DNA of 64,000 nucleotides from Macrostomum hystrix. Its lineage: Eukaryota; Animalia; Platyhelminthes. Shown here in pieces: positions 59,526 through 64,000 of the stretch (positions are counted from its first letter, which is position 1; each line of letters opens with the position of its first letter). The notes under the pieces are model-generated. The model was not told where the DNA came from and did no database searches. It saw nothing but the letters and a program-made list of their open reading frames with translations. The position numbers and the translations under genes were made by a program. The stretch spans positions 1,922,001-1,986,000 of the forward strand of contig CATNEN010000034.1 in NCBI GenBank assembly GCA_950097015.1, in the 5' to 3' direction.

Positions 59526-60353
59526 CTGCCGACAGCCCAGCACGACAACGTCAATAGGCGAAGTGTGATTGGCCACGCAGATGCCATTGTTCTGCGGCAT
59601 ATTTTCAACATCGTGAAAGCGCAGCACAGCAGAGAAGGCTCTGGCAAATAGTCGAAAGGCAGTCGGGCACAAGATTGAGTTAAGGAGACGTCGCAAACCT
59701 GGCCAGGGCAGCAGGGCGATCACCAAGGAGCCAATAACCAAGTAGAGCACGGCAGTGATGGCCAGCAGCAGGCGGAAGGGGAACAGGATGCAGTAGCGCA
59801 GAAAGCAGCCCAGCAACCAGAAGCAGGTGAGTCGTGGACTAATGAACTGATATTTGTTAGTGCGGGTTAGCAGATTCCACGATGCCAGGTCTTCGGCTGC
59901 GAATCGCTTGGTGACCTCGTCCTCAATGATAGCCTCGATGCCGCTCTGGACAAAGACGCACAGGTCGGACAGGTGAAATGGGCGCTTCTGGGAAGCGGCG
60001 GAGGAGGCCAAGGATGCGGAGGAGCCACCGGAGGAGGCGGAGGCGGCGCAGTCGGCGTGGAGCAACTCGATGCCCTCGGTGGTGAGCTTGGCGTGTCGCT
60101 GAATGAGCCGATTATCCCGGCTGAGACTGTCAGTCGAGCCGTTGCCACCATTGGACGAAGCGGCAGGTTTGCGTTTCTCAACAGCCTGCTCAAACAAGTG
60201 CAACAGTACTCTGACGTAGAGGCGCCTTATGCCGAATGAGAAGTTGAACACAGCCAACAAGGTGGCCGTGAGCAGCACCAGCCCAATGAAGCGGCTGGTT
60301 AGCTGCACAATCCAATAGAATGTTTCTAGAGGCTGTAAGATTAGTGAGCACAT
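59526..60353 (-). CDS. GPAT3/4: GPAT3/4 first coding exon
   Basis: ATG at 60353. Hydrophobic N-terminus ...FSFGIRRLY; GIEAIIEDEVTKRFAAEDLASWNLLTRTN; catalytic NHTSPID (HX4D); donor CAG|gttagc. An acceptor at 60333 is an alternative start point. Confidence 0.9.
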
Positions 60354-61122
60354 TGTCTTAGCAGGACATACATTTGTGTGCAGCAAATAAAACTAGCATA
60401 TTCATTTCAGCGGAGTTAAAGCACACTCCGCAATCATTTCTTTATCCGTGTCTCCTAGAAGTTGTGAGACCAATAAATATGTCTAGTAATCCGATTTTAA
60501 TTAGTGTAAAAATCTAATCTATACCGAAAAAGAAGTGCATTATGTTGAGACGGGTTGAAACGGCAAAACAACTGCCAAAAGAACAACAAATATTTACGAA
60601 TTAGAAAGATCCAAAGGTCGAATAGGGGGCCAGTGACAAAGTTAGTGGGTGCACAGTTAAGTAATGTGAGCACACGCGATCTCACAGATAAGAATAAAGA
60701 AAGATAATTCTTCTACGAAAAGCAAGCAACTAGTTAGTAGGAAAATACATATTTAGAAACTGCATAGTAGTTAAATAAGCAAATGCAAAAGACCAATTAG
60801 GTTTAGAACATATCTAGATTTCAAGCCTAGGGGGCCTAGGAGACAGGATTGATAAGACAAAAACTCAGCTCACTGATATCAGTAAAATGCATTCTGGACA
60901 TACACAAAGCAAAATAGAAAATAGAGCAAATCAAAAAGGTATTGCAATTTAAAACAATTTCGATTCTAGCACTGTTTTTTATGTAAACAAAGTGAGTGTG
61001 GATAGACTTTCTACAAAGGTTCTGTTATTGATGATTTGTGGCTTGGAGAGATACAACATAAAATTGTACAGTACAGCAAATAGCCTTGAAGTAAAGGCTA
61101 CAAAAGTGACTTAACAAGGTTG

Positions 61123-61985
61123 TGTAGTAGGGATGCTTTTATTATTTCTTTAAAGTCAAATTCGTGCCTATGCTTTTTGTTTGAATGCGCAAAATATTTT
61201 TTATATGTAAAATATTTTAAATATTTTGTCAAATTCGTTTACTTTAACAAACATTTTCTTTTGTGTATATAAACGAGTGTAATTCAGTTGAGACAAATCA
61301 ACGTGTCAGTGTGGCGAAAAGCAAATAAGCTATTACTGAAGAAGAAAAGTGTTGAGTTGGTTATTTGAGGCTGTGACCCTCTGATCCACAGAAAACGCCC
61401 AGCAAAGACTGGAGAATAGTAAGCCAGTGCCTTAAAAGGTTAAACCGCTCGTGCCGAGTGATACGCTACCATTAGAGAGAAAAGTAGAGAGACAAGCCCT
61501 GTTACAGTTGCAAATAAAAAAAATACTAATAATATCCCAATAAATGTTTATATATTATACAAAGCATATACATAATATTTTCTACTTTCCATATGTAGTA
61601 GGGATTCTTTTATCATTTTAAAAAATTCAAACTCGTACCTATGATCTTTGTTTGAATTTGCTAAATATTTGTTATATGTAAAATATTATAAATATTTTGT
61701 CAAATTAATTCATGTTAACAAACCTTTTTGTGTATATAAACAAGTGCAATTCATGTGAGACAAATCAACGTGCCAGTGTGGCAAAAAGCAAATAAGCTAT
61801 AACTGAGTAAGAAGGTGTTCAAGTGTTGAGTTGGTTATTTGAGGCTGCGACCCTCTGATCCACGGAAAACGCCCAGCAAAGACTGGAGAATAAGAGACCA
61901 GTGCCTTAGAAGGATAAACCACTTGTGCCAAGTAATACACTACCAAGAGAAAGAAAAGTAGAGTCATAAGCCCTGTTACACATAC
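61123..61985. repeat. Diverged tandem duplication, period ~471 bp (two copies)
   Basis: tgtagtaggga at 61123 and 61594, then colinear similarity through ...caagccctgttaca at ~61505 and ~61980. Confidence 0.9.
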
Positions 61986-63597
61986 ATGATAGAGGTCAGA
62001 TTGCTCCCATCTATCCATTTATATTTTCCTTCCCAAATAAGTGGATCCTAACAACTTAACAGGATCCTCATCCTGACAACTTAAATCTCAGGAAATCTCT
62101 ATAAATTGATAGGCTCAATAAATTGAACTGTCAATCAGGAAAAAAATAGAGTGGCACCAAAGACATTATTAGGCCTACAATGTGCTAGGCCTAGTAGCTT
62201 TAAAAAAGACCATCCACTGTGATATGCATAGCTGGGTACTTAGCCTTGCAGTTGGCCTAAAATGTCTGGGCTTAGTTGTCTATTTCTTAGACTTAGGCAT
62301 TCTTACACACCAATGTGCCTTCAATTGTACTTGTCTAGACCAGCGCCACTGGTAAATAAGGGTTGTACTTTAGCAACTGTTGTAAAATAGTAAAAGCTGG
62401 AAACTGCAGGATAGATGCAAACTATAAATAAATAGGATTATCTATTTTAGCTAGACAACTATATATTGTTATTAATACAAAAAACAATATAGAAATTTTT
62501 TATTTATTTTATAATACATAGGCCTATTAATAAATATATATATATTACAATGCAACAATTGAGCCTAAGTTGAGGGATTGCACTGTTTTCACTGATGATT
62601 AATTAAGTGTTGGTTTGTAACTTTAAAAAAAATATTAAATATTAAGGAATAGCTTATGAAGGAGGAGTCTTAATTAGGTGAATTGCTAAATTGGAATATA
62701 CTGTAGGCCAAGTCAGCCGTAAAAAGAGCCATATGAAATAGTGTCAATTTGAAGAGTTTGTAAATTAAGCAATATTAATAGCTTTGCATTGCTTTCCTTC
62801 TTTGCTTACTTTCCTGTTTGTTTTTAATGTCAAAAAAATAAAAATAAAATTGAAAATAAATAAAACACAAAATTATTGCGATAACGAATAATAACATAGG
62901 TTTTAAAATGCGCCTTGTGTTAAACTCATATTTAACCGTTTGTCTGTTTTGCTCTGACAAAGTACTGAATTTACTGCCACTTGATTCCACCGCTTTTTTA
63001 AACACATTTCTAACAGCCAAAAACTGTATAAATTCTATGGCGCAAGTTAATTTAGAGATGCGCCTGAATATCTAAGCGCAGATTTTAGTTTTGTTCTGCC
63101 ACTTTTTGACGTGAATCGACTTTTTTAAAAGATTAGCGTCAGAGAATAGTTTATCTAATACAGAAAAAAAGCCTCTAGTGCAAAAAATTAGAAAAAAATA
63201 TTTGCAAGTAACGTATCTTTGGATTATTCAACAATTCAAAGTACTTTTAGAGCAAAATACCTTATTTGTTATCTCACTCACACTTCGGTTCGGAAGTCGG
63301 AATCGGGAAATTTGCAAGATGTGCATGATTACTAATTTCATAAGAATGACAAGGAGACGCCATGACGCATCAGTCGTCCTTGTACAAATAATCAGGTTTT
63401 TGATATATCCTTGTTACCCTTTTTACCCGAAAATATCCATCATCTGCATGCATTCTCCATTCGATTAGGGCACATGCAGATGCAGAAAGTCGAAAGCAAT
63501 AAAAAATTGTCACTAAATCTGTTCAGCTTCTGTACAGTTACCACTGGCTTTATTTATTTATTTGGTTTGGGGTTACATGCTGCAACTGCATCAAGGG

Positions 63598-63776
63598 CCA
63601 CTATAGAATCCTACTATTGTAGTCCTGCACTTTGCAGTGCAGGCGCACTCTGCCCTCCTTGACGTATGACTACCCCGCCCAATGACTAAACCTATAGAGT
63701 CCTAGCTACTATTGTAGTCCTGCACTTTGCAGTGCAGGCGCACTCTTCCCTCCTTGACGTTATGACTACCCCGCCA
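63598..63776. repeat. Two direct copies (~80 bp) each carrying a perfect 8-bp hairpin
   Basis: ctactattgtagtcctgcactttgcagtgcaggcgcactc...gactaccccgcc at ~63611 and ~63706; stem cctgcact/agtgcagg. Confidence 0.85.
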
Positions 63777-64000
63777 CTGGGTGCAAACCTCTCCCTCCGC
63801 ATCGTTTTGTGTGTTACGTAAGCCTTTGTTTAATAACTTGTTTTGCTGTGCACGGACTGGCTGGCTGGCTGGCTGGCTGGCTCTATAGTCGTGGCACTAT
63901 AAATCCGCGACTCAGGTGGCTGGGTAGCCGTCCTACTCCTGCTCCGCTTCACATTCTCTTGAACACGCCTCCGGACAACTGGGACCCGTGAAGCAGTTGG

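Noticed and set aside
61346-61370. miR-9-like string ttggttatttgaggctgtga
   Set aside because: The seed region does not match, and no precursor hairpin is evident.

Overview
Eukaryotic, intron-containing, minisatellite-rich animal DNA. The style resembles an invertebrate such as the flatworm Macrostomum, but that is an inference and the species cannot be fixed from this window. (1) About 0-22 kb: a minus-strand SRCIN1/KIAA1217 (AIP3-domain) family gene. Seven of its exons chain in consistent phase, and many of its introns carry a different minisatellite. (2) 31,527-51,722: a 20.2-kb foldback-type Mutator (MULE) DNA transposon with an 8-bp target-site duplication (TAGAAAAC). Its 470-bp outer terminal inverted repeats (TIRs) are identical at 469/470 positions. 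Inside them lie two inverted arrays of a 170-bp satellite (~31 and ~49 copies). These enclose one uninterrupted 1542-aa ORF: signal-peptide-like N-terminus, low-complexity repeats, NOF/MULE-type DDE transposase, Ulp1/C48 protease and PHD finger. (3) About 53.9-60.4 kb: two convergent housekeeping genes, PPP4C (+, 3 coding exons) and a GPAT3/4 acyltransferase (-, 3 coding exons). Both have CpG-depleted, TAGGCCTA-rich DNA upstream, with small MITE- and SINE-like inserts nearby. Most long ORFs in the supplied track outside these genes are artefacts of stop-free tandem repeats. There are no CRISPR arrays, rRNA genes or clearly functional tRNA genes. All domain calls come from motif recognition by eye, not from database searches.
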